Positions 42,763-55,984 of a DNA stretch of 64,000 bases are shown piece by piece. Source of the DNA: Octopus vulgaris (Eukaryota); contig OX597821.1 in assembly GCA_951406725.2 (NCBI GenBank), forward strand, positions 110,546,001 through 110,610,000, given 5' to 3'. Position 1 is the stretch's first letter. Every line of letters starts with the position of its first letter. A program made the translations under genes and the position numbers. A model generated the notes under the pieces. That model saw nothing but the letters and a program-made list of their open reading frames with translations. It had not been told where the DNA came from and made no database searches.

Positions 42763-42892
42763 TATAACAGTCAAATGGAAGATTAAAACTTGGACAATCG
42801 AACATTAAAAAAAAGGCAATAACAAAACAAGATAACATACGCGTAAAATGTATTAGTTTAATGCTCAGGAAAGGTGTAAAGAAGAATAGGTG

Positions 42893-42925
42893 TTTAACGT
42901 TTCGAGCATAGCTCTTCGTCAGAAA
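42893..42925 (-). ncRNA. Minimal type I hammerhead, canonical core (family H1-related)
   Basis: TTT-CTGACGA-A-GAGC-TAT-GCTC-GAAAC-GTT-AAA. Confidence 0.65.
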
Positions 42926-43583
42926 TATGTGTGTGTGTCTATGTGTCCATATTTATCCCCTACCGCCGCTTGACAACCGGTGCTGGTGTGTTTACATCGC
43001 CGTAACCAAGCGGTTCGGCAAAACAGACCGACAGAATAAGTATCAGGCTTTAAGAAACACAATTAAGCCTCGGTGTCGATTCATTCGACAAAAAATTCGT
43101 CACAGTTGCCCCAGCATGACCGCAGCCTATTACCTGAAACAAGAAAACTATAAACTATAAACTAAATTATATCACAAGACGAGGCACAGTCCACCTTGTA
43201 TTACAGTGAAAGTTATTTGTATTCCAAAGGCACTCTTTGTATATATTAACATGGTGCCGAAACAGGGTCGGCATAACAGCGTGTGTGACAAAGTAAGAAC
43301 CCTCCAGCTTGTCTCAGAGAGTAAAAGGGTCAGAAGTCAGCAATTTTAGGAGATGAATTAAATTGAGTATATCGACCTAAGTATTTGACTGGTACTTATT
43401 TTATCGACCAAACAAAGAGATGAAAGTCAAAGTCACCCTCAGCAGAATTTGAACTCAGAATATAAACATCCAGGAGAAATGTCGCTAGGCATTTTTGTCC
43501 GACTGGCTAACGTTTCGACCACATCACCACCTTAGAGTTTAAATGGTTTGACACACGTAGCCTTAATACGAGAGAGAGAGTGT

Positions 43584-43638
<55 letters not shown>

Positions 43639-43639
43639 A

Positions 43640-43906
43640 CTCTTCAGGTTGAGTAGCCCATCCCGCTCAAAAGGTTGTTTAAGGATGTTGAAAGAACCAC
43701 CCATGTTTCCAGAGGTGAACTATTCAAACCCCAAAGAATCCCTCTCAACACATGGCTATGATGCTCCCCCACTACTTCTGCTCGTGATGAGAGATGCACA
43801 TATCGTCAGCCACTAAGGGACATGCTCAACTGGTTAAGGTCAAACAACTGACAAGCAAATCTGTGGTATTGAGTAGAATATTTGCTGTAGCCCATCTTTT
43901 ATACCA
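43640..43906 (-). mobile_element. Family T retroposon fragment
   Basis: Colinear with 39820-40098; adjoins (TTA)n. Confidence 0.75.
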
Positions 43907-43965
<59 letters not shown>

Positions 43966-44010
43966 CATCATCATCATCATCGTCGTCGTCGTCATCATTA
44001 TTATTATTAA

Positions 44011-44050
<40 letters not shown>

Positions 44051-44081
44051 GTGTAGTAGTAATTGTAGTAGTAGTAGTAGT

Positions 44082-44167
<86 letters not shown>

Positions 44168-44304
44168 ATTTTGAAATTATAATCTATTTGTTAAATTTTT
44201 AATTTTCAATTTCACTTACGTATTGATTGTTATCTAAGTGAAGCCGTATTTTCAGTCTCTCCCGCTTTCTATCCCCACGATGCCCCTTCGTCTTCTCCCA
44301 CCAG

Positions 44305-44725
44305 CGTTGTATGCGTGTGTACGCGTGTGTTTGTGTGTGCGCGGTTGTGTGCGTGCTTGTGCGTGTGTGTACGTGTGTTTGTATTTGTGTATATGTTTGT
44401 GCGTGTTAATGTGTGTGTGCTTGTTTGTGTGCTTGTGCGTGTGTGTTTGTGTGTGTATGCGTATGCATGTGCGTGTGCGTGTTTGTGTGTGTGCTTGTGT
44501 ATGCGTATGTTTGTGTGTATATGTGTGTGGGGGTTTTTGTGCGTGTTTGTGTGTTTGTGTGCTTGTGCGTGTGTGTATGTGTGTGTGTGCGTGTGTGTGT
44601 TTGTGTTGGTGTTCGTGTGCGTGTTTGTGTATGTGTGTGTGTTTGTGCGTGCGTGTGTGTGTTTGTGTTTGTGTGTGTGTGTATGTGTGTTTGTGTGTGT
44701 CTGTGTGTGTGTGTGTGTGTTTGTA
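44305..44725. repeat. Degenerate (TG)n tract
   Basis: Direct reading. Confidence 0.95.
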
Positions 44726-44820
44726 TGATTATATCGATGGACTTTCCAGAGGTAATATTTACGTACTGTTTATGAGAATGACATTTAGAACCAACAAGAA
44801 TTAGAAGAAAAACACTTCCG

Positions 44821-44858
<38 letters not shown>

Positions 44859-45049
44859 GCTACTACTACTACTACTACTGCTACTACTACTACTGCTACT
44901 ACTACAACTATTACTGCTGCTGCGACGACGACGACGTCGCCGAAAATGATGACGACAACTATTACTAGGACTTGAAAAATTATAAGGACAACTAAAATTT
45001 GAAACAATACCACTCTTGCATATAGATACACATACATACATACGTAATA

Positions 45050-45315
45050 CATAGGTTCATACTTGTAATTATTGGGGTCCTGGGATATTGTAACACACTG
45101 TCTAAATACCAGTTTTAAGAAATTAAGCTTCTCAAAACCAGAAAGGAGAAAGCTAATTCAAAGACTACAGCTCCAATCTCTCTGTACAAAATCTGTAAAA
45201 CCTTCCAGAAGTTTATCATTTAAATATATATGAGCATGTCTAGATATGCAACAATACGCATGAGAATACATATATACAACAAAACATAAAAATCTGCACA
45301 TATACATACATACAT

Positions 45316-45361
<46 letters not shown>

Positions 45362-45435
45362 CCTATTGTTGATGTGGAAATTCCAATGAATGTTCTTTCT
45401 CTTTTGGCAAGAAATCTTGAAATAAACTGAATAAT
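45050..45435 (+). mobile_element. 3' end of an R4-like LINE (same family as 60790-61205)
   Basis: RFILVIIGVLGY...KLSFSKPERRKLIQRLQ and a shared 3' UTR ending AATAAACTGAA. Confidence 0.7.
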
Positions 45436-45539
45436 ACCAAAAAAAAAAAAATGATTATGCATGAGTACGTTGCTCGGATGCTTGAAGAAGACAGTAGAAT
45501 TGACACGAAGCGCAGCCTCTCTTGCACACAAGACCGCTA

Positions 45540-46042
45540 CATTACATCACACTTTGAGGGCTATGCAATCCAGGAACAGGAGATTGTGACGCTCTTGTCT
45601 CAAAGGAGACAGTGACGCTCTTGTAATCCAAAGGTACAAATGCATGTATAGGCTATGCCATGTTTCTGTGGAAGACATCACACATGTGATTAGCAGCTGT
45701 CCTAAAATGTCCTCACGGTACTAACTTCCTATGCGTTACGATGTTGTCGCTAAAACAATTTACAATGCCATCCGCAAAAGAGACTGTCCTGAAATAAACT
45801 TAGAAAATTCCTCAGTTATGGAATATATTCATGAACACCAACTCAAGGAATACTGGTGGAATATTAACATCAAAACTTCTGTCAAATGTAAACATAACAG
45901 GCCGGATATTGTCGTTTAGGACAGAGGAGCAAAAAGTCAGAGAGGCCAGATGCCCTGCAGATATAAATATCGTTTTGAAAATCAAAGACAAAGGGGACGT
46001 CTATGGACAACTGCTTCGAAAGCTCCAGCTTCTATATCCAGG
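45540..46042 (+). mobile_element. R4-like LINE fragment: CCHC knuckle + restriction-like endonuclease
   Basis: EGYAIQEQEI, RLCHVSVEDITHVISSCP, MRYDVVAK, YWWNINI...KHNRPDIVV, YGQLLRKLQLLYP. Confidence 0.8.
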
Positions 46043-46057
46043 TAACATTTTATGCTA

Positions 46058-46215
46058 TATCTGCCGCTACGTTCCGAGTTCAAATTCCGCCGTGGTCAAT
46101 TTTTGCCTTTCATCCTTTCAGGGTCGATAAATTATGTACCAGTTTCGTACTGGGGTCGATGTAATCGACTGGCCCCCTCCCCAAAAATTTTGGGCCTTGT
46201 GACTAGAGTTTTAAA
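46058..46215 (+). mobile_element. SINE family B (5'-truncated)
   Basis: GAGTTCAAATTCCGCCG...GCCTTTCATCCTTTC...GGGGTCGATGTAATCGAC. Confidence 0.8.
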
Positions 46216-46264
46216 AAATTATCCTGAAAATCACCTGCGTAAATTACTCAAATGCGCAAATTAC

Positions 46265-46386
46265 ATGGGTTTTTACGGTATGTGACTTCCGTAGGGTTAC
46301 AACGTTTCACAGCATTCTTCATTCTAGAATGAAAAATGCTGTGAAACGTGGTAACCTTATGGAAGTCACATACCGTAAAAACCCAT
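46265..46386. repeat. Loop-less fold-back palindrome
   Basis: 61-bp arms, 4 mismatches seen, centred on TCTAGA. Confidence 0.9.
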
Positions 46387-46934
46387 AATTATGTTATGCC
46401 TGCATATCTGCATTAATATGTCTGCTCAGCATTATACAATACATTCTCTATGTTCACCAATTAATTCTCTCTACCATTTCCATTCCGAAGTTTTGCTTTT
46501 TATTCTTAATGTCTTAACACACAAAGGCAGTGAACTGGCAGAATCGTTACTGCGCCGGACAAAATGTTTAGTGGCATTTCATCAGGCTATTGGTTTCTGA
46601 GTTCAAATTCTATGGAGTCGACTTTGCCTTTTATCATCCTTTCGGAGTCGATAAATTAAGTACCAATAGATCAGTGAGGGATAGGGGGGGATGTCATCGA
46701 CTTACACCGCTCCTCCAAAATTGCTGTCTTTGTACCAAAATTGGGAATCGTGATGATGACGACGACAACGGCGATGATGTTGATGATGACGATGACGATG
46801 ATGATGATGGTGTCGACGATGTCGACGATGATGATGATCATCATCATGAAAAGGAGGAGGAAGAGGAGGGGGTGAAGACGATATCAACAACGACGATGAT
46901 GAGCTGCTGCTGCTGCTGCTGCTGCTGGAGGTGG

Positions 46935-46973
<39 letters not shown>

Positions 46974-47745
46974 CGAATACAATGATAATGATGATGATAA
47001 TGAATTCCTCGCGTGTTTCGAACATTTACACCTCCGCTCAAGTGTTACCAAACAATGGCTGTCTTGAGGTACTGGTACGGAACAGGTGTTATGAGGAGGG
47101 CTCGAACTCTAATACACTTCATTACAAACCAAACAGAAGCACCTTATCTACAATACACATATTCACACCCCATATAATTCCTCTTGGTTGAATTTAAAAC
47201 TCCTGGCACACACAGCATGATATCAAATTAATTGTTAATTATAACACGCACCTGCTGTTTGTGTCCGTTAATCGTTCCACAACTTCAATATTTTATCTGC
47301 CGCAAGCGTTGATGGTTTAACATTAGCGAGGTATCTTGTACAAATATGTAGAGTAGGACGGCGTAGACCAGACACAAATGTATGTATATATGTATGTATG
47401 CATGTATGGATGGGTGGATGTATGGATGTTATGTATGTTATGTGTGTATGTGTATATGTGTGTATGTGTGTATGTAGTATGTAGGTATGTATATATATAT
47501 ATATAACGAAAAATAAAAAATAAAAGAATATATATATATTCATTTACTTGTTTCAGGCATTTGAGTGCGGCCATGCTGGAGGACCGCCTGAAAGACAGTT
47601 AGACGAAGAAATAGACCCCAAGACTTCCACTTTTTAAGCCAAGTACTTATTCAATTGGTCTCTTTTGCCAAACTGCTAACTTATGGGAACATAAACATAC
47701 CAACATCGGTTGTCAAGAGATGGCCGGGAGACAAACGCAAACAAG

Positions 47746-47806
<61 letters not shown>

Positions 47807-47871
47807 ATTTCTTTTTAAATACAAATAAATGAAAGAATGCACTTGAACGACGAATTAACAAAATTCCTTTA

Positions 47872-47954
47872 TTTTCGACATATGTTTCGAAGGCTGCATA
47901 TTCCTAATTTCGAAGGAATAAGGGATGCATTATGCCGCCTTCTCATCAGGAAAA
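47872..47954 (-). ncRNA. Type I hammerhead, fully canonical
   Basis: TTTTC-CTGATGA-GAAGGC-(TGCAT/ATTCCT inner helices)-GCCTTC-GAAAC-ATAT-GTC-GAAAA; palindromic stem III ACATATGT. Confidence 0.85.
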
Positions 47955-48314
47955 GCAAGGAACTTATGTCAGCATCAAAATGCACAAAAACTTTTAGATG
48001 ACTGCCCACACGGAGCCCATAGCGATAATGAGTGTTTCTTTAAAATATTCCGTTATAAGCAGTGACGTCAAAAATGGTTGAATGTAGAAGATTCTAGAAG
48101 GTTCAAGGTTCAAAGGGCTCAAACAAGGTTTTATTTGTATTTAAAAAAACACACAAATTTCCACACGATAGCACGTGATCTCTGCCCTAGACATGTAGCT
48201 TCAACCGTGTTTTTCTGACGTGAATTTGCTACCCAGGTATCGGTTAACCGAATTATCCATAATAAGATAATTCATTCAACTACTCAACTATATATATATG
48301 TATATATATGTATA

Positions 48315-48407
<93 letters not shown>

Positions 48408-48428
48408 TTATATATATATATATATATA

Positions 48429-48580
48429 TACGACAGGCTTTTTCCAGCTTCCGTCTACCAAATCCATTCACAAGGCTTTGGTCGACTCGAGGCTATAGTA
48501 GGAGACAAGGTGCCATGCAGTGAGACTGAACTCGGAACCATGTGGTTGGGATGCAAACTTCTCACCATACAACTACGTGC
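48429..48580 (-). mobile_element. SINE family A, head half
   Basis: Matches 201-361; body 2 lies at 47540-47745, with a TA-flanked hammerhead element between the halves. Confidence 0.75.
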
Positions 48581-49165
48581 ATGTATGTATATGTGCATTT
48601 ATATATATATGTGTGTATATATATATATGTATATATGTATATATATACACACAAATATATATATATATATATATCTGTGAATGTATGTATCCATGTATGT
48701 ATGTATGTATGTATGTATGTATGTATGTATGTATGTATGTATGTGTGTGTGTATGTGTGTATGTATGTGTGTATGTATGTATTTATGTATGTATGTATGT
48801 ATATATATATATACGTATGTATGTATGTATGTATGTATGTATGTATGTATGTATGTATGTATGTATGTATGTATGTATGTATGTATGTATGTATATATAT
48901 TGTATTTATGTATGTATGTATGTATGTATGTATGTATGTATGTATGTATGTATGTATGTATGTATGTTTGTATGTATGAATGCAGCCGGAAATTGTGAGA
49001 TGCTGGTTTCAATTCACTGTGGATGCTTGCTGGCCCTTCTTTTCATCTTCAACAGGGTACTTACCCGATTTTCTAAACATTCTGCACAGTTATTTATATA
49101 TATGTACATATATATAGCATTATTAAATCTCAGAGCGAGATGTAAACAGTAACCGCTCAACAAAT

Positions 49166-49498
49166 TAAAGTATAAAAACCATCTCAATATGGCTAACCAC
49201 AAAGTGGGGGTGTTACTGTAGCTTTTAGCCCCAGGAGATCGACGTCTCCAGCTGGTTTTAGACACACTTTCTGTGCCCTTCAGGTATTTGCAAAGGGAAG
49301 CCATCCCTTCCTCGTAAGCCTTAGTGATAAGCCTTAGTGATACGGCTTACGAGGAAGAGATGGCTTCCCTTTGCAAATACCTGAAGGGCACAGAAAGTGT
49401 GTCTAAAACCAGCTGGGGACGTCGATCTCCTGGGGCTAAAAGCTACAGTAACACCCCCACTTTGTGGTTAGCCATATTGAGATGGCTTTTATACTTTA
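49166..49498. repeat. Long inverted repeat containing structured motif X
   Basis: 155-bp arms (49166-49320 / 49344-49498), 3 mismatches seen; spacer with tandem TAAGCCTTAGTGA. Confidence 0.92.
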
Positions 49499-49867
49499 CG
49501 TTATATATATATATATATACGTAAAATCTATATGTGTGAATTAAAGACAGATTGGTCACGACTGGAACGTCCACGGGCAATGGTCTTGTTTGATCGCAGG
49601 TGGAAGGCGGAGGCTAAACAACCACCGTCTTCTTCATGTCAGCCGAGGAAGATCCCAGATTAAACTGCCACGGCTCGAACCCCTCCACCATCAGAACTAA
49701 TAACATATTCCTCCTTTTCCACCTCATCCCCCTCCTCCTCCTCATCATCATCATCATCATTATCGACATTATCACCGTCGTTACTGAAATCATCTTTTTT
49801 ATCAGCCATATGACTTCAGTATGTTTTGCATTTAGAGAAAATCACTGAGAATATTATATAAACCAGC

Positions 49868-50088
49868 AAGGCGGCAGCGAGCTGGCAGAAACGTTAGCAC
49901 GCCGGGCGAAATGTTTAGCGGTATTTCCGTCTGTCGTTACGTTCAGAGTTCAAATTCCGCCGAGGTCGATTTTGCCTTTCATCCTTTCGGGGGTCAATAC
50001 ATTTGTACCAGTTGCGTACTGGGATCGATCTAATCGACTGGCCCCACCTCCAAAATTTCGGGCCTTGTGCCTAGAGTAGAAAAGAATA
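49868..50088 (+). mobile_element. SINE family B, full length
   Basis: tRNA-like head, Meta-like domain, 3' end GGGCCTTGTGCCTAGAGTAGAAAAGAAT. Confidence 0.88.
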
Positions 50089-50504
50089 TCATATATACCA
50101 GCACCAACAGCATCCTCGGGCGGTTTTCTGCTAGTGTATGCCATGCTTGTGCGAAACTACTGCGATGTACTTAAAAGCCAATGTATATAAAATTTGAAAT
50201 GAAAAATCTGTTAGCAATTTTGAATGTGATAAATGGATACGGGCTTAAAATATTCGCAAATATTCTCAGTTTCTAGAAAAAAGAGCCTTGTAATCTCTTA
50301 ATTTTAAAGAAAATAATTGAATTAAGATGGTAAAGAGAGAGAGAGAGAGACAGAGAGAGAGATTGTGTGTGGGGGGGGGGAACGTTGCAAGCAAAGAAAG
50401 TTGCAGGGAAGAGAGGAAAAGTATTAAAAGAAATAGTAGGGGAAGAGATACAAACGATGTGTGTGTGTGTGTGTGAGAGTGTGTGCGCGCGTGCGTGCGT
50501 GCGT

Positions 50505-50523
50505 GTTAGAGAGAGAGAGAGAG

Positions 50524-50574
<51 letters not shown>

Positions 50575-50576
50575 AG

Positions 50577-50607
<31 letters not shown>

Positions 50608-50870
50608 AGGAAAGAAGGAATGAGAGAGAAAGGAGGAAAGAAGGAAAGAGAGAGAAAGAAGGAAACAGAGAAAGAAAGGAAGAAAGAAAGAAAGAAAGAA
50701 AGAAAGAGAAGGTAAGAAAGAAAGAAAGAAAGAAAGAAAGAGGGAAGGAAAGAAAGAAAGAAAGAGAGAGAAAGGAAGGAAGGAAGAAAGACAGAAAGAA
50801 AGAAAAGAAAGTAAGAAAGAAAGAAGAAGAAACAAAGAAAGGGAGAGAGAAGACACAAAGAGCGAGGGGG
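50505..50870. repeat. (GAAA)n/(GA)n purine tract
   Basis: Direct reading. Confidence 0.95.
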
Positions 50871-51540
50871 AAAATACGTTAAAAATGGGGACGAGAGAGA
50901 AAAATTTACTGGGACGGAAAAATAGAAAGACTAATATAAATAGGGGTAGCAAAGAAGAGATGAAAATAGAAAAGAGAGACAGACAGACAGAAAGACAGAT
51001 GACATTTCAAGGAAATAGTAAATTAAAAAGAATACAATATAAAACGTTAAAAATATAAGTCGTAGAAAATATAAATTAGTTTTCTGATTGAAAGAAACCT
51101 GAAAACTGCATTTTGATCAAAAATTTACATTGAAATTGCAATTTATAAGAATTTATTAGACAGTATAGACTTTCATAATTGCTTTCTTATAGTAAAAGTT
51201 ACATTCTTATAACTATCGTATGTACCGCATACAGGGCGAGGTGATGTTTTTGAGGCCCAAAACCTTAGTTTTTAAAATTCCTGGTATATCAGCAGAGGGC
51301 ATTGAATAGTAACAACCGATCGATCTCAAGAATTATTACAGGTTAAGGAATATGAATGACTTCAACAAAATCCTTACAAATCACGAAGTTACAGTAAAGT
51401 GGATATGTTTATTTTCGAAATCATGGGGTAATCCGGAGAACTTCGTTTACTTGATATGACGAATTTGCATGTAAAAGCGAAATGTGAAATGGCCTATTGT
51501 TGCATTGAAGCAATATTAAAGTTATTATTAAATACTGAAT

Positions 51541-51930
51541 CAAGGCGGGGAGCTGGCAGAAACGTTAGCACGCCGGGCGAAATGCTTAGCGGTATTTCGT
51601 CTGTCGTTACGTTCTGAGTTCAAATTCCGCCGAGGTCGATTTTGCCTTTCATCCTTTCGCGGTTGATAAATTAAGTACCAGTTACGCACTGGGGTCGATA
51701 TAATCGACTCAATCCGTTTATCTGTCCATGTTTGTCCTCTCTGTGTTTAGCCCCTTGTGGGTAGTAAAGAAATAGGTATTTCATCAGCCGCCATAATTCT
51801 GAGTTCAAATTCTGCTGAGGCCTGCTTTGCCTTTCAGGGTCGATAAATTCGAAACACTGGGGTCGATGTAATCGACTAGTCCCCTACCTAAAAATTTCAA
51901 GGCGTTGTGCCTTCAGTAGAAAGGATTATT
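51541..51930 (+). mobile_element. SINE family B, dimeric/tandem form
   Basis: One unit to about 51775 followed by a second partial unit (GGTATTTC...GAGTTCAAATT...). Confidence 0.8.
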
Positions 51931-52552
51931 AAATATGGAATTGAAGAAATAAGAACGTATATAGATGATTAATTTCTTAATTGTAAACTGAGGTAATTAG
52001 TGATAGTATTACAACAAATTATTAACAAATAAATCCCTCTTGTTCTCAGTGTTGATAATTAATACGAGGATGAAAGGAAATTACAAGTGTTCAAAGGCCT
52101 ATTAAAATAGACAACTGACCTTTGTAGCCATGCATCAGTATTATTCTGAACAGTAAACTCGCTAATTACAAACAACTTGCAAAGAAATTGAGATTGGTCT
52201 TGTATCACGACAATATCAAGATGCCGAAAACGAAAACGAATTAAATATGAAGCTGGATCAAAATCGAAAACTCATGCAGTACGCCTAAGAATACAACTGC
52301 ATCGCTGCCAAGTCAGAGAATGCCGAAAATTAAAAGAAATTTTGAAAAAAGTGCCAAAAGATAAAAATATACTTTGAAAGATTTTCGACAATTCATACAT
52401 GACTGACAAATAAGATATATGGGAAAGCCTACTTTTTTCCGTCGAAGGCTTATGTGCCCCATTCTTAGAGTATTTTCTTTAGTCATTGCGCGGTGAGCGC
52501 TTCTAAGCTCTGAGCTTATAAAATACTATTATTATTATTTACAGGATATATA

Positions 52553-52588
<36 letters not shown>

Positions 52589-52699
52589 TGTATGTATGTG
52601 CAATGGGTAAAATGTCGCCATTTAATACCTTTAATTTCCCACATGCACATTGTTTGGTTTTGATTTTGTCGACTCCACAGTACAGTAGGGTCTGTTGGG

Positions 52700-53255
52700 C
52701 ACCGTCTGTGAGAAAAACACCATCATGACGCAATTCACTCTGCCAAAAATTTGGAAACGACAACCTGTAATGCTTGACATTCGCGCCGGAAGCTTCAATA
52801 CGAACAGATGGCGATCACAGAACAACCGTTGGTTTGCCATGTCCCCAAAACATGTACCGAGAGAGATAAAAAGATCAAACATCCAATCAACATCATGGCT
52901 TTTGGAGTGACCACTAGTGATGGCGACGTCTTGTTTCCATTCATCTTCCCACACGGCCTCAGACTCAACACGGCGGCCTACATCAGGGTAGGCAGTGCTC
53001 CGTGATGTACACGAAGGCCTACACCAAGCTAGGTAGTGAGGAGATAGTGTTGCCCTGGGACAAGAGAGTAGCCACTGGAAGACTATGTCTGGCAACAGGA
53101 TTCTGCACCCTGCTACACAAGGAGAACCCAATCATGGCTTTCAGACAATTTCTGTGATCACATCACCCCTAACATCTGACCACCTAAATCCTCATACTGC
53201 AACCCCCTTCATTATTATATGTAGGACAGAGTTGAGCGAGAGTCCAACAAAACTC
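52700..53255 (+). mobile_element. Decayed maT/DD37D-like transposase fragment
   Basis: QNNRWFAMSP, KHPINIMAFGVTTSDGDVLFPFIFPHGLRLNTAAYI, WQQDSAPC. Confidence 0.75.
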
Positions 53256-53257
53256 CT

Positions 53258-53720
53258 TTTATTCCTTTATTTGCTTCAGTCATTAGACTGCGACCATTCT
53301 GGGGCACCGCCTTGAGGAGGTTTTTAGATGAGCAAGTCGACCCCATGACTTTATTTTTTAGCCTAGTACTTATTCTATCGGTTTCTTTGCTAAGCCGCTA
53401 AGTTATGGGGACCTAAACACTTCAGCACCGATTGTCAAACACAGACAAATATACACGCACACATAAATGCACATAAACGCACACATAAATGCACACACAC
53501 ATGCACACATAAATACACATACACGCACACATAAATACACATACACGCACACATATAAGACGGGCTTCTTTCGGTTTCCATCTATCAGAACCATTCACAA
53601 GGTTTTGGTCGAACCGAGGGTATAACAGAAGACACTTGCCCAAAATTCCACGCAGTGGGACTGAACCCGGTACCTTGTGGTTAGGAAGCCAGTTTCTTAC
53701 CACACAGCCACGCCTACGCC
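53258..53720 (-). mobile_element. SINE family A, full length
   Basis: Both halves around a (CA)-rich tract. Confidence 0.8.
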
Positions 53721-53760
53721 TGTATATATACACGCATATACACACATATACTTATATATA

Positions 53761-54622
53761 CGAGGTCTGATCAATAAGTGTCCGAGCTGCTACGATAGTA
53801 ACGAAGCCACGGCACACAGAGTGAAGCCCTTTGGCACAGAATGACCTTGACCGTGGCTGTGCATGCGTTCAAAGTTTTAACGTTCCAGCTCACTTCCGCT
53901 ATTTACAGTAGTGCTTGAAAGGAATGTGTGTAGCATGTGATCGCCGCATTGACCATGACAGGGAAAGTTGTCATGGCGATACCTGCTCAGAGACCTACGT
54001 AAAGTTTTCAGAAAGTACATGGAGAGGGGGGGGTGTATGAGCCGCACACAAGTGTACGAGTGGGTCAGACGTTTTCAAGATGGCCGAACAATGTCGATAG
54101 TAACGAACGTTCTGGGAGAGCTGCAACCAGCAAAACGGAGAGAAACATGGCAGATGTGTGTGCAGCTGTGAGGGGAAACCGTCGAATCATCATCCGTGAG
54201 TTATCAGAGGATGTGCAGAATTAGTTATGGTTCAGTTCAGTCCATTATCACTAAAGATTTGAGTATGAGACGCGTGTCTGCCAAGTTTGAGGCCAAACTG
54301 CTTTCAGCTCACCAAAAAGACACTTGCGTTTCAGTTACAAAAGATTTTTGAGGACGATGAAAACTTGTTGAAAACTTTGCATGGGCCTCTGAGCAGATAT
54401 CGCCTAAATTTTGGTAACTTTGTGTTATGGTCAATGCGACTATCACACGCTACACACGTTCCTTCCAAGCACTGCTGTAAACAGCGGAAGTGAACTAGAA
54501 CATTAAAATTTAGTGCACATGCACAACAGAGTTTAAGGTCAATCTGTGCCAAGCGGTTTTACTCTGGATGCTTTAGCTTCGTTACTATAGCAATAGTCCG
54601 GATACTTATTGATCAGACCACG
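53761..54622 (+). mobile_element. Mariner derivative with two 5' ends (fold-back MITE)
   Basis: TA-CGAGGTCTGATCAATAAGT TIRs; about 250-bp inverted arms; centre encodes HTH region MSRTQVYEWVRRFQDGR...RSGR...RRIIIREL. Confidence 0.85.
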
Positions 54623-55555
54623 TATACGTATGTATTTATGTACGTATGTATATATTACCGTTTGTCAAGTACCACTCAACCGTCCTTTTCCGAACGCCAT
54701 CTTCTCCGAACCCGTCTCTATCTGTTTTCGCAGAAGTTTTTTGGTCTTGTCACTCTGTATTTTTCTCATCTCACTCTTTCTTCATTTTATTCTCTTCTGT
54801 CTCAGAGGAAAAGTGAATTAATGGCATTTTATGATAACAGCCGAAATTAGGAGTTATTAAATGCTTTTAGAAACCAATGACCGCAAAGTAATCGCTCGGT
54901 TTTATGACAAATCTATAATAAGCTACCAGCAAGGCTGCCATATTGAATTAGGCAAACAGCCAAAAGAGGAGTCACTACGCGTTCGATGAACCTGCTAGAA
55001 ATAGTAACGAAATTGCTCTTAAATGGCACATCTTCCTTTCCACCCTTTCCACCCCAAAAATGATGTATTGGATAATGCACTCGATAAATTGTTTGTCAAA
55101 GATGTGATGATCGTAGCAAGAAACGCCTTTGATCAGAGCTGGCTCTCGGCCCAACGACTCGAATATTAACGCTGACATTGACAACAACAACAACAACAAA
55201 ATTTGAATTAATGTGAAACTTCTCACACGCCATATAATAACTTCTAGTCTTTAAATATATATTTTCTCTTGAATCTCTCTAAACATGGCCGATAATTCTA
55301 CTCCAGATCCATTTACTCACAACCAGTAAGGGAGTTGTCTCTGTAATAATTCACTTGCTAGAAATAGAATGGAAATTGCCCTCTAATCGAATTTTAAGCG
55401 TCTTCAAAATTAGGAGACACATTTAATTTGATAACACACTACTAGATATATAGCTTGGGATAAAGACTATAAAGTCACGGTTGGGACGCCTTTGATCATA
55501 AATTCGCTCAGTAAGATGTTGCATGGAAATCAACCACAAAATACACACAAACATA

Positions 55556-55716
55556 CGTGCGGAATTGGCTATCTGGTAAGAGGCTTGCTTCCCAACCACA
55601 TGGTTCCGAGTTCAGTCCCACTGCGTGGCACCTTGGGCAAGTGTCTTCTACTATAGTCTTGGGCCGACCAAAGCCTTGTGAGTGGATTTGGTTGACGGAA
55701 ACTGAAAGAGGCCCGT

Positions 55717-55757
<41 letters not shown>

Positions 55758-55900
55758 TGTTGTGTCTGGGGAGAGTCATTCTCTTTCGGTGCCTTATAAT
55801 TTGACAGGCACCAAAAGAGAATGACTCTCCCCAGACACAACAGAATATACTTCAACATACGAACTCACATAAAGAATCTTGCAAACCAAATCCCAAAACG

Positions 55901-55984
<84 letters not shown>

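Noticed and set aside
49178-49260. Twister, pistol or HDV assignment for motif X
   Set aside because: Only partial resemblance; the required pseudoknots and conserved residues could not be completed
52165-52380. Coding-looking stretch (QTTCKEIEIGLVSRQYQDAENENEL...)
   Set aside because: Multiple stops and no recognisable family
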